DNA of 64,000 nucleotides, taken from contig JAYFMW010000020.1 of the NCBI GenBank assembly GCA_042408215.1, forward strand, positions 224,001-288,000. Reading direction: 5' to 3'. Source of the DNA: Microcoleus sp. (lineage in GTDB: Bacteria > Cyanobacteriota > Cyanobacteriia > Cyanobacteriales > Microcoleaceae). This document shows, piece by piece, positions 1 to 8,983 of this stretch. Positions within the stretch are counted from its first letter, which is position 1. Every line of letters begins with the position of its first letter. Made by a program: the position numbers and the translations under genes. Below the pieces are notes generated by a model. The model made no database searches. It saw only the letters and a list, made by a program, of their open reading frames with translations, and was not told the DNA's origin.

Positions 1-286
1 TGAGCAGCCATGCTAGTTCTGTGTGGGCCGAGACGTGGGATTGCACGAAAATAGTAGAATATTCCAAATTGATGCCGCAAGCTAAATAGAGAGCGGCGAT
101 GGTGTAGGTGTCAGAGGCTAGGGTTGCTGGATTGTGCGGTGCGGTAATTGCGTGCAAATCGACTACGCAAAAGTAATTTTCGTACTGACTTTGACCTTCT
201 ACCCAGTTGCGAATGGCACCGAGATAATTGCCAAGGTGCAGATTGCCTGTTGGCTGAACTCCTGAAAGAACGCGCTGTTTGCCCAT
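1..286 (-). CDS. trpS: tryptophanyl-tRNA synthetase, 5' part (runs off the window edge)
   Basis: Not in the ORF track. Reverse strand from ATG at 286 reads MGKQRVLSGVQPTGNLHLGNYLGAIRNW...FCVVDLHAIT...IFVQSHVSAHTELAWLL, the class Ic HIGH-like (HLGN) N-terminus of TrpRS. Confidence 0.95.
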   Translation of the reverse strand, partial: MGKQRVLSGVQPTGNLHLGNYLGAIRNWVEGQSQYENYFCVVDLHAITAPHNPATLASDTYTIAALYLACGINLEYSTIFVQSHVSAHTELAWLL

Positions 287-383
287 GAGGAAAGAAGAGA
301 ATTGAAGTCACATTTCTATATTGACACGTTATCTCGATCTAAGATGCTTTTTGTTGAAATTCATAAAAACATCGGGGAAGATG

Positions 384-472
384 ACTCGGCGGTTGAAACC
401 GCGTCTACAAAAACGAACACTCGGCGGTTGAAACCGCGTCTACAGAAACAAAGTCCGCCTGCGCGGACTGAA
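384..472. repeat. dispersed hairpin repeat (ACTCGGCGGTTGAAACCGCGTCTACA... family), tandem copy
   Basis: Two copies here; related copies at about 6866-6958 and 11514-11610, all intergenic. Confidence 0.8.
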
Positions 473-558
473 GAATTAACGGGGTATTTAAGGTGGATTG
501 TTTTTTAGAACTAGGTTTAAATCTCCGTCTTAAAAATCTCGCTGTCAACTGTCAACTG

Positions 559-1962
559 TCAACTGTTTTTCGGTTTAGTACGCAACCAAGTGATGCCGGC
601 TGCGAAAAGGGCGATCGCAAAACTCAAGGCAAACGAAAATAGAAAGGGATGCCATTGCATTAACACTGGGATTTGATGGTTTTGGACTGTCTGGAATACT
701 TTGTCTGTGCCGCTGGAGGCTGCGATGCCGCCGGCTGCTAAACCGACGCCGATCGCCTGTACTGTGCTCTCTAGGCGATCGTCCCGATTTTTCTCTGCTA
801 TCTCGCTGCTGCGGAGTGCGATTTGGTTGGTGCGATCGCTCCTGGCTTGTTCTATTTCTACTATGCCGCGAATTGAGGCGATCGCCTGGTCGATTAAGTT
901 TGTGCCGTGTCGGAAATATCCTAAGTCTCCGGCAATTTGCGATCGCATATAAAGAGCGTTTTTTCTACTGAAGTTATTTAATATTGATAGTTCTTCCTCA
1001 TCGCTTTCAATCATAACACAGATTTTCTGCAAAATCTCACTGTAATTGTAAAGATTTAGGGCAATTGTATTGTCATAATCTTCGAGTTTCCGCAGCAGGC
1101 GAGTATAAGTTACTGCTTTGCTGAAGAGTTGCTTTAACTGTTCCTGAAATTCCTGCAATTGGGGGGGAGTTAATACAGTTCCTCTGGAAAATTGCTGCTG
1201 CAATATCTCCATATTTTTCTCAATGATACGGTATTCGCGATCGAGTTCGTGGTAAATCAGGCGGCTGTCTTGAAAAGCTTTGATAATTTTGTTGCGGTGA
1301 AATAGTAGGTTGAGTATTTCTTCCTGGCAAGTGTTAAAATCCTTATCGGTTTGTTTGTCGGCCAGCAGCCAGACAAGCAGGTGGCGGTAATTCGCAGTAT
1401 CGCTAATTGCACCGTATTCAAAAATCGGACTACCGAACAGTTTACTCGATCGGTAAAATACAGGTGGCGAGTCGCCTTGGAATAAAGCATCGCGACATTT
1501 ATCGGCGAGGGGTTTGAGGGAATCTAAATTATCTGGTGAGTTTTCGGGAAGCCATCCGGTAATCAGGAGAGTTTGACCTAAAAAATTGTCATCACCGTTG
1601 ATGAGTAAGACTTGATTTGGGTTGAATTGCTGGATTAGATTGACATCTACATTATCAGCAGTGCCGTCTTCCGGGCAACCTATATTTAAGCAGAAAGCAT
1701 AGCTGTCTTGAATTTGTAGCGGTTGGGCAAAACCTTCTATGGGTGGATTCCTGTTAAATTCGAGTACAACAGTTGACAGTAAATCCTCGCGGTAGCTGTG
1801 GGAATTTTGCGGGAAAACTAGATCGGGTGTCACCCTTTCGTCGGTGAAGTTGGCGAGGATTTTGTCGCAGTGTTTCCACAGAGGATTATTGCTGCCCTTA
1901 CTGTCATGTTGCAGTTGGAAAGCGTATAAATAGACATTGGGGGCAGAAATTTTGTCACTCAT
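559..1962 (-). CDS. hypothetical membrane protein: soluble N-domain, long helical stalk, two C-terminal hydrophobic helices (CorA-like architecture, no GMN motif)
   Basis: 467 aa. Helical/coiled-coil-like region, then TVQAIGVGLAAGGIAASSG and PFLFSFALSFAIALFAAGITWL, then a basic tail. Confidence 0.75.
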   Translation of the reverse strand: MSDKISAPNVYLYAFQLQHDSKGSNNPLWKHCDKILANFTDERVTPDLVFPQNSHSYREDLLSTVVLEFNRNPPIEGFAQPLQIQDSYAFCLNIGCPEDGTADNVDVNLIQQFNPNQVLLINGDDNFLGQTLLITGWLPENSPDNLDSLKPLADKCRDALFQGDSPPVFYRSSKLFGSPIFEYGAISDTANYRHLLVWLLADKQTDKDFNTCQEEILNLLFHRNKIIKAFQDSRLIYHELDREYRIIEKNMEILQQQFSRGTVLTPPQLQEFQEQLKQLFSKAVTYTRLLRKLEDYDNTIALNLYNYSEILQKICVMIESDEEELSILNNFSRKNALYMRSQIAGDLGYFRHGTNLIDQAIASIRGIVEIEQARSDRTNQIALRSSEIAEKNRDDRLESTVQAIGVGLAAGGIAASSGTDKVFQTVQNHQIPVLMQWHPFLFSFALSFAIALFAAGITWLRTKPKNS

Positions 1963-1978
1963 GTTATTGGGGCGGTGG

Positions 1979-2296
1979 CTATGAATTGGGGCGGGGTTTT
2001 CTGAGGTTTTCGGGTAACTCTGGATAGCGGTTTGATAGTTTTGGTTCTTGTGCTTCTTTTTTGGTGGCTTCTGGTTTTAGTTTTCTCTCAAATTTATTGA
2101 TTTCATCTGTTATTTTAGGATAGTTTGCACACCAATCGCCAATGGCATCGGCTACTTCATTGTTGGATGAATCCGCCATCTGGGATATTGTATTGGTGAG
2201 ATTTGCTAAATCGTCAACCGCCCCGGCTTGTTCAAATACTTCGGGTTTAGTTTCAAAGACTGCTAGGAAACCGGAAATAAATTGTTCATCTGTCAT
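1979..2296 (-). CDS. small hypothetical protein between the CHAT protease and the membrane protein
   Basis: 105 aa; AAGGAG RBS upstream; stop lies 16 bp before the next ATG. Confidence 0.75.
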   Translation of the reverse strand: MTDEQFISGFLAVFETKPEVFEQAGAVDDLANLTNTISQMADSSNNEVADAIGDWCANYPKITDEINKFERKLKPEATKKEAQEPKLSNRYPELPENLRKPRPNS

Positions 2297-2327
2297 TGCC
2301 TATTTCTCCTTTGATTATGTTGTAGTC

Positions 2328-2505
2328 AGCCGGGGCGGGTTTTTGGGATTTATGGTGTGGTTTCACAGACTGTCGCGAACCCGCCCCTACAGCAATTATA
2401 TCTATTTTGTGCGACATCACATCACCAATTTCAACAAATTTGTAGGGGCGGGTTCGCCGAGATTTATGAATCAAAACCAACCAACTAATAAACCCGCCCC
2501 CACCC
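2328..2505. repeat. GTAG-type REP-like palindrome cluster
   Basis: GGGGCGGGTT...AACCCGCCCCTAC and GTAGGGGCGGGTT...AAACCCGCCCC inverted pairs; same family at about 56996-57057, 60302-60415 and 63833-63963. Confidence 0.8.
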
Positions 2506-2523
2506 ATGCAAAAATCCTTTATC

Positions 2524-5445
2524 TTATTGCCCAACAGCACAGAAAGCCGCCCAGTATACGGGAGACTCATAAGGTTGATAATCCTGTTTGTAACCGCGCC
2601 TGTATTTGTCTTGAATTTTCTGTTTGTGTTCGGTACTCAGCAACTTCGACGCTTCCACCCATTCTAGCAAACCTTTGACAGTCACACTCCGCAGCCACAA
2701 CTGAGACTCCCGCAAAGCTACAGCAACAGCAGGCTGAGTTTCCCCACGAAAAAGTTCGTAAAATTTGATGGTTAAAATCGCAGTAGATACGTCATTGACA
2801 GCCCACAAAGTGCTGAGTATACTCGTCGCCCCAGCATAGAAAAAACCGCTAGTCAATCCGATATACTCATCTGTGGTATTCCTGGCATCGGTTAACCCAG
2901 TTTCGCAGGCAGAAAGGGCTACTAAACGGCACTTACTTAACTCCAAATCAAAGATTTCTTCCAGTGTCAAACATTCTACGATGTCGTAGGTTTCGCCTCG
3001 GCGGGAACGAATATAACGCTTTTCCTCGGAGGGAACCCCAGGCTGGGCGGGCACGGGGGCACCGCCCAGGGCTGTTTCATTCTCAGACAAATCATCGTTT
3101 TGTAGGGGTAGTGCCCCCGTGCCTACCCTCCCCTTCCACGATTTTGTATGCGTTTCAAAGACTGGGGCGGGCACGGGGGCACCGCCCCTACGAAGAGGGG
3201 GAGTTTCTTCTCCTGTCTCCCCCCTTACCAAGGGGGGATTAAGGGGGGTTACTTTTGCGCCGGCTAGGATTAATGCGGATTTTTCGGGATTGAGAAAGTC
3301 GAAGAAGCCGTGACAGGAAAAGTGGGCGATATCGGCATTTTGCAAGCTGGCAATTTGTTGTTGCAATCCTGCTTTGCTGGCGTTTTGCCGACTCAATATT
3401 TCGGCGGGATTGAATGATTTGGCAATTGCTTCGACTTCGATGTCGGTGAAGTCTAAATCTTCTGTGGGGTTTTGGATGGCAAAAAATTTGCTGGGTGATG
3501 TGTCTTCCGCCGTCAGATTTACCCGCTGAGATAATTGCAAAAGTTGGCAACTGGGAGTGTATCTCACGCCGCCTGGGAAAAGTTCGAGAAGACATCCAGT
3601 TTCTACGGTTTTGTCGGCTTTTTGTCGGCTGCTGGTGAGGGCGTGTAGGGGGAATAGGTGCAAGTATCGGAAGGGAACTAAGATTAATTTTTGGCAGTTT
3701 TCGGGGAGGCGAGAAATTATTTCGTCGATGTGCAGAATCTCGGCTAATTTTTCCAGGCGGCTGTCTAGTTGGTTTTTCCAGTTGTCATATTTTTCCTCGT
3801 CTTTGATGTCGTCGAGATATTCCTGTTGTAACTCTTCTAATGCTTGCAAGTCTTGAGAGGAAGATTGCCAGATATCCGGTTGAGGAGAGTCGCGGGTGAC
3901 AATGAAAACTTTAAAGCCGTTGTAGGTAATGTACCATTCTAAAATTGCTTCGTTTTCAGCTAGCAGGCTGCGAATTTCTGCAAAACTAATCCGCTGTACT
4001 TGGCTGGGGAGGCTGCGGGCTTTGTGAAACAATTCTACTAGGTTTCGGGTTTTGCTACGTTCGACGTATTCTAGGGCGGCAGTGGAGTTTTCCATTTGTA
4101 GGCAAACTTCTACCATTGACTGATAAAGTTTATTCCATTCTTCAGCCAATTTCTGTCTGTCTGCTTCGCCGCCGATAATGATTTCACTCCGCATTGATTC
4201 GACTGTCTCGATGGCAGAGTTAAAGGTATTGTAGGCTTCTGGGAGTTGGGAATTTTCCTGGTAGGCAACTCCGAGATTATATAAGGTTCTAGCATTCTCT
4301 ATAGGAAATGCGTCGCGGGTGCGAACTTCCAAGGATGCCTCAAAAGCTGCGATCGCCAATTCCAGATTCTCGGCTTTTTCCCCTCTGATTCTGTAGAGGT
4401 AGGCCATCCCCAAATTATTTTGACTCCTTGCCCAGTCTTCGGGAAATGCGTCGCGGGTGTAAACTTCCAAGGATGCCTCACAAGCTGCGATCGCCAATTC
4501 CAGATTCTCGGCTTTTTCCCCTCTGATTCTGTAGAGGTACGCACTCGCCAAATTATTTTGACTCCTTGCCCAGTCAAAGGGAAATGCGTCGGGGGTGTAA
4601 ACTTCCAAGGATGCCTCACAAGCTGCGATCGCCAATTCCAGATTCTCGGCTTTTTCCCCTCTGATTCTGTTGTGGTACGCACTCGCCAAATTATTTTGAC
4701 TCCTTGCCCATTCAAAGGGAAATGCGTCGCGGGTGTAAACTTCCAAGGATGCCTCACAAGCTGCGATCGCCAATTCCAGATTCTCGGCTTTTTCCCCTCT
4801 GATTCTGTTTTGGTAGGCACCCGCCAAATTATTTTGACACGTTGCCCATTCAAAGGGAAATGCGTCGCGGGTGTAAACTTCCAAGGATGCCTCACAAGCT
4901 GCGATCGCCAATTCCAGATTCTCGGCTTTTTCCCCTCTGATTCTGTAGAGGTAAGCCATCGCCAAATTATTTTGACTCCTTGCCCATTCAAAGGGAAATG
5001 CGTCGCGGGTGTAAACTTCCAAGGATGCCTCAAAAGCTGCGATCGCCAATTCCAGATTCTGGGCTTTTTCCCCTCTGATTCTGTCTTGGTATGCAGTCGC
5101 CAGACTGTTTTGAAACTTTGCCCACTTTTCCGAGTAAGCTTCGCGGGTGACAACAGTTAATCCTATCTCCAGACAAGCAATAGCCACCTCTAAATTACTT
5201 GCCCGACTACCTTGCCGAAGATTTTTAAAACTAATATTCAAACCGTAGAAAAAATTAGCACCATTGTATGCTTCTTCTGCATCCAAGGTTGGCATAATTT
5301 CAGTTGCCCACTCTCGCAAATATTGGGCAAAACCATCATCTATTAATTCTAGGTTAGCTTGCAGAATATCGATTTCTTCCTCGCTGGTACAGGTGATGAG
5401 AGATTCAATCAGATTTTGATAGGCTTGGCGGCGCGCTTCGTTCAT
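2524..5445 (-). CDS. TPR-repeat CHAT-domain (caspase-like) protease
   Basis: 973 aa. TPR-like repeats (WARSQNNLA.AY..RIRGEKAENLELAIAA) followed by a CHAT domain with catalytic His (AHFSCHG) and Cys (ALSACETG) and terminal YWAAF. Confidence 0.92.
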   Translation of the reverse strand: MNEARRQAYQNLIESLITCTSEEEIDILQANLELIDDGFAQYLREWATEIMPTLDAEEAYNGANFFYGLNISFKNLRQGSRASNLEVAIACLEIGLTVVTREAYSEKWAKFQNSLATAYQDRIRGEKAQNLELAIAAFEASLEVYTRDAFPFEWARSQNNLAMAYLYRIRGEKAENLELAIAACEASLEVYTRDAFPFEWATCQNNLAGAYQNRIRGEKAENLELAIAACEASLEVYTRDAFPFEWARSQNNLASAYHNRIRGEKAENLELAIAACEASLEVYTPDAFPFDWARSQNNLASAYLYRIRGEKAENLELAIAACEASLEVYTRDAFPEDWARSQNNLGMAYLYRIRGEKAENLELAIAAFEASLEVRTRDAFPIENARTLYNLGVAYQENSQLPEAYNTFNSAIETVESMRSEIIIGGEADRQKLAEEWNKLYQSMVEVCLQMENSTAALEYVERSKTRNLVELFHKARSLPSQVQRISFAEIRSLLAENEAILEWYITYNGFKVFIVTRDSPQPDIWQSSSQDLQALEELQQEYLDDIKDEEKYDNWKNQLDSRLEKLAEILHIDEIISRLPENCQKLILVPFRYLHLFPLHALTSSRQKADKTVETGCLLELFPGGVRYTPSCQLLQLSQRVNLTAEDTSPSKFFAIQNPTEDLDFTDIEVEAIAKSFNPAEILSRQNASKAGLQQQIASLQNADIAHFSCHGFFDFLNPEKSALILAGAKVTPLNPPLVRGETGEETPPLRRGGAPVPAPVFETHTKSWKGRVGTGALPLQNDDLSENETALGGAPVPAQPGVPSEEKRYIRSRRGETYDIVECLTLEEIFDLELSKCRLVALSACETGLTDARNTTDEYIGLTSGFFYAGATSILSTLWAVNDVSTAILTIKFYELFRGETQPAVAVALRESQLWLRSVTVKGLLEWVEASKLLSTEHKQKIQDKYRRGYKQDYQPYESPVYWAAFCAVGQ
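4306..5133 (-). repeat. six near-identical 138-bp (46-aa) tandem repeats in the TPR region
   Basis: AAATGCGTCG(C/G)GGGT recurs at 4306, 4444, 4582, 4720, 4858 and 4996 (period 138). Confidence 0.95.
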
Positions 5446-5690
5446 TGCTTACAACCCATGTTTTTATAATTTTACATTCTTTGTCGGGGAAAAACAAGGG
5501 GAAAACCCGACTTGCTGAATCGTCTGGAGTCGTTGGAGTGTGCGTCATAAGCTGCTACGCCACTATGTCGTATAATATAGAAACAAGATAAGTAAGCGAT
5601 CGCAATAATGAATCTATTCGGAATGGGCCCGGTCTCATTCAAACAAATCTCGATGATTTGCGATCGGGCAAAAAACAAGAGGAAACTAAA

Positions 5691-5942
5691 ATGATTTCAC
5701 AAACTTTAGTAGAAATTGAACGTTCTATTAGTTCCCTGTCGATAGAAGAACAACTTTGGCTGCTGGAACGTATCGCTTGCCGAGTGCGGGAGAAAACTTA
5801 CATAGCTAATAAACTCGCTAATGCTAAATACCTGGAAGCAGAGATAGCAGAGATGGCCAACGATCCAGAGATTCAAGTTGAGATTGCTGCGATCTATCGA
5901 GAGTTTATTGTGGCAGAAATGGATGGTTTAGAAGCACTATGA
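5691..5942 (+). CDS. putative antitoxin of the downstream PemK/MazF toxin
   Basis: ATG at 5691 after GAGGA; acidic C-terminus; stop overlaps the toxin ATG (ATGA). Confidence 0.7.
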   Translation: MISQTLVEIERSISSLSIEEQLWLLERIACRVREKTYIANKLANAKYLEAEIAEMANDPEIQVEIAAIYREFIVAEMDGLEAL

Positions 5943-6286
5943 GCATTCAGCGAGGGAAAATTTATTTTGTCAATCTTAACCCAGTGCATGGAAGAGAACA
6001 AGCTGGAATGCGACCTGTTTTGGTGCTTTCCATTGATACTATTAACCAGTCACCCTTAGTTGTTACTGTCATTGTCGGCACTAAAGGAACTAATATTCAC
6101 CGCGACTATAGAACCAATGTGCGTGTTTCTGCATCTGAAAGTGGCTTGCAAATAGAAACAGTTTTCCTCTGTTTTCAGATTCGATCTTTGGATAAAGAGC
6201 GATTTCCTACGGATTCAGCAGGGGAACTTTCCGCAGAAAAAATGTTAGAAGTTGAATCGGCGGTTCGTTACTGTTTTGGTTTATAA
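5939..6286 (+). CDS. PemK/MazF-family toxin (endoribonuclease)
   Basis: QRGKIYFVNLNPVHGREQAGMRPVLVLS and FQIRSLDKERF motifs. Confidence 0.9.
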   Translation: MSIQRGKIYFVNLNPVHGREQAGMRPVLVLSIDTINQSPLVVTVIVGTKGTNIHRDYRTNVRVSASESGLQIETVFLCFQIRSLDKERFPTDSAGELSAEKMLEVESAVRYCFGL

Positions 6287-6337
6287 AAATTTGGAGTGTT
6301 TAATTGATATTAGCGATATTTAGTTAAAATTTGGAGT

Positions 6338-6799
6338 TTATCGTTGATTTTCATAATCTCTGAAAGCTGCTGCGAGTTCGGGGCTAGAAAGTGCGATCGC
6401 GCTTTCGTGCCATTCATGAATTACAATCTCGATCGCACTCCACGCCCCAGGTTCCGATTCCGCAAGTCGGTAAGCTGTTTCTAATTCAGCAATCAATTCG
6501 CACAATTCATCTGAGTCAAATACTTTCAGCCACCCATAGGGATGTTCTGAACTAATTGATTCTCCCAGACGCAGGCGGTAAGCAGCCGCCATCACTTCAA
6601 ATACTGTTAAAGAAACAGTTGCAGCTTTTACCCACAGCGCCATCTCCTCGCGCCGCAGCAAAGCAAAATGTTGGTCGTTGCGAGTAATGGTAACAGGGTG
6701 TTCCATCGCTAAATCGAGAACTCGCCCCGGTTGTTGGTTCAATTCGGTTGCGGTGATTAATTCATCGCCGTAAACAAGGCGCGAAGATTCATTTAGCAT
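6338..6799 (-). CDS. Phd/YefM-like domain protein
   Basis: ITATELNQQPGRVLDLAMEHPVTITRND resembles the Phd N-terminal DNA-binding motif; no adjacent cognate toxin on this strand. Confidence 0.6.
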   Translation of the reverse strand: MLNESSRLVYGDELITATELNQQPGRVLDLAMEHPVTITRNDQHFALLRREEMALWVKAATVSLTVFEVMAAAYRLRLGESISSEHPYGWLKVFDSDELCELIAELETAYRLAESEPGAWSAIEIVIHEWHESAIALSSPELAAAFRDYENQR

Positions 6800-6861
6800 A
6801 GTTTTTGCGCGTACCCGTGATTCGGAATGCTTGTCAATCTCTGTACTGATTATAGACGTAA

Positions 6862-6981
6862 TTAGACTCGGCGGTTAAAACCGCGTCTACATAAACAAAG
6901 ATTAGACTCGGCGGTTGAAACCGCGTCTACACAAACAAAACCCGCCTTCGCGGGTTGAAGAGTGTGCGGTTTAAACCGCCG
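6862..6981. repeat. dispersed hairpin repeat, tandem copy
   Basis: TTAGACTCGGCGGTT(A/G)AAACCGCGTCTACA twice, then AACCCGCCTTCGCGGGTT. Confidence 0.8.
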
Positions 6982-7003
6982 GATCAAAATAGCTAATGAC
7001 TAA

Positions 7004-8119
7004 TTACCAATCTGTCAGTAACCTTGCTTTCCGTAAAACAAATGTCAACACTGTTTCTTGACCGGTAATAATATCGGCTCTTCCGTCCATTCCCGATTGA
7101 ATTGAGTATTGGCGCGTAACATTCGCCGGGGGGGCTCCGAACAAGTTACTGCTAGGGGACTCGATTCTGGTTAAATAAGTTTGTTCTGGCTTGATTGACA
7201 CTTCGTAATAAGCAGCACCTAAATTATTAGCGGGGTTTTGAGGGGCGATCGCATCTGGGGCGATTTCGCTGACAGTGCCTTTCAATGTGCCGTAGTCGGG
7301 GAAAGGTAGGGCGGAAATCCTGATTTGTACGGGTTGGCCGATTTGGATGCGGGCGATGTCTTGGGATGTGACTTTGGCTTTGATTACCAGGGGTACGTCG
7401 CTGGGGACGATTTGGGCGATCGCACTTCCTGCTTGCACGGTTTGACCGGGATTTCGCAACTCTAGTTTAAGAATTGTACCATCTGCTGGTGCGCGGATGA
7501 CGCTATTTTGAAGTTTGAAATCTATTTGAGTTAATTCTTTTTTCGATTGAATTAATTGTTGTTGAATGGACGATCGCTTCACGAGCAAAACCCGCCGACT
7601 TCTGCCTAGTCGTTCAGCTACGTCTGGCAGGAATGTTGCTAATTTTACCACAGCGGATTCGACTAATTCCTGTTGTGCGGAACTTTCACCTTGGGTAGTC
7701 TGAAATTGGGCGCTGGCTAAAATTTGATTTTCCAAATCGCGCAGTTGTCGGTTGATTTGATTTGCTGCTGTCTGAGACTGAGAGACAGTTTCTTGCAACT
7801 GCTTTTTTTGACTTCCCAAGCTGGAAGCGTCCACAACTGCGATCGCATCTCCGGCCTTCACTGGCTGATTCTCGCTCACCGCAATGCTTTCGACGGTTCC
7901 TTCTGTTGCAGCTTGTACGACGCGCACCTCTCCTGCGGGACGGACGATCGCGTCTGCTTTGACTATAGCGCTGTATTTGGTGACGCTAGCAAGGGCGATC
8001 GCACCCCCAAAGGTCGCCACCATCAAAATGCCCCCCAAAGTCGTCCAGCGGCTGACAGGGGGCAAAAACTGGTCGTTCTGAAGGGTTTCAGCGGGTGTGC
8101 GTTGGCGAATGGGAGACAT
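7004..8119 (-). CDS. HlyD-family membrane fusion protein of a type I peptide export system
   Basis: N-terminal TM, VQAATEGTVESIAVSENQPVKAGD lipoyl half-motif, coiled coil, IRAPADGTI, FPDYGTLKGTVSEIAPDA. Confidence 0.92.
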   Translation of the reverse strand: MSPIRQRTPAETLQNDQFLPPVSRWTTLGGILMVATFGGAIALASVTKYSAIVKADAIVRPAGEVRVVQAATEGTVESIAVSENQPVKAGDAIAVVDASSLGSQKKQLQETVSQSQTAANQINRQLRDLENQILASAQFQTTQGESSAQQELVESAVVKLATFLPDVAERLGRSRRVLLVKRSSIQQQLIQSKKELTQIDFKLQNSVIRAPADGTILKLELRNPGQTVQAGSAIAQIVPSDVPLVIKAKVTSQDIARIQIGQPVQIRISALPFPDYGTLKGTVSEIAPDAIAPQNPANNLGAAYYEVSIKPEQTYLTRIESPSSNLFGAPPANVTRQYSIQSGMDGRADIITGQETVLTFVLRKARLLTDW

Positions 8120-8587
8120 GGCGGCAAGGGGGTAAGGAGGAGTTCGGCAACAGATTCTGTAACGGATTTAAGGGATGGAAAGAAGGCAGAAGTAGATGCG
8201 GGCAATTAAGCGCAATGGTTTCAGTAATTAATAACGTCCGGTGGCACCTAGAAAGTTGCTTGAAAAATTTAAAATGGCGACAAATTCGGAGCTCTCTTAT
8301 TTCTTTTATCACATTTATTTTTAGCTTTCCCGATAGCGCGGATAGGTTTAGAAGTCTCAATCAAAATTCGCAGGGTACAGCTAAAAATCCGCACAGATTC
8401 CCAGGATTTGTTGGCCAACTTTGCTCGCATATCAGGACTGGTCAAAAAAACCGGGTTCTATTGTCCTTGTAAGTAAGTATTGAATATGTCACCTAGCCTT
8501 TGGCTTTCGCTAAATCTCTCCGATCAAGGGAGACGAAAAAGTCGTGGCTGCAAATTTTAAATTAATTACATTCCCAAGGAGTTCGTC

Positions 8588-8815
8588 ATGCTTGAAAATC
8601 AACAATATTCGCTATTCACGGAACTAACGGATGCAGAATCTGCTACAGTCAGCGGTGCCAGTATTACCGGCGGTGTCAGTAGCATCAGCAGCAACAGCGA
8701 TGCCAGCAATATTAGTGGCTATGGCGTCAATATGCTCTTGTTTGTACCGCAGCCCGGTCAACTTTATATGTACGATCCGAATCGTCAGCGTCCGTACAAA
8801 ACCCTAGTGGTTTAG
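8588..8815 (+). CDS. double-glycine-type leader precursor peptide 1
   Basis: Leader MLENQQYSLFTELTDAESATVSGA (LF.EL...E...V.GA), 51-aa core; AAGGAG RBS; lies between HlyD and C39-ABC genes. Confidence 0.8.
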   Translation: MLENQQYSLFTELTDAESATVSGASITGGVSSISSNSDASNISGYGVNMLLFVPQPGQLYMYDPNRQRPYKTLVV

Positions 8816-8983
8816 AGCTGGGTGTCAGGTTGTGCGGGGAAATTTTGAAAATCTCTCCGTAAATTTCCGGAGAGCGATCGGGCTTTTGAGAAACATAGAT
8901 CAGTATTTAAACGAGACTCTAGAAAACTTCTAGAATTTCTAGTTTGTGTTCAATCAATTTCATCAACTAAAACGGAGTCTATC

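Noticed and set aside
111..508. ORFs 111..311 and 302..508
   Set aside because: The first is an alternate frame over trpS; the second runs through an intergenic repeat.
4306..5133. Possible CRISPR or DGR-like repeats
   Set aside because: No unique spacers, coding in frame, and no reverse transcriptase in the window.
4299..5160. Long alternate-frame and antisense ORFs (284 and 246 aa)
   Set aside because: By-products of a stop-free 138-bp unit repeated six times.
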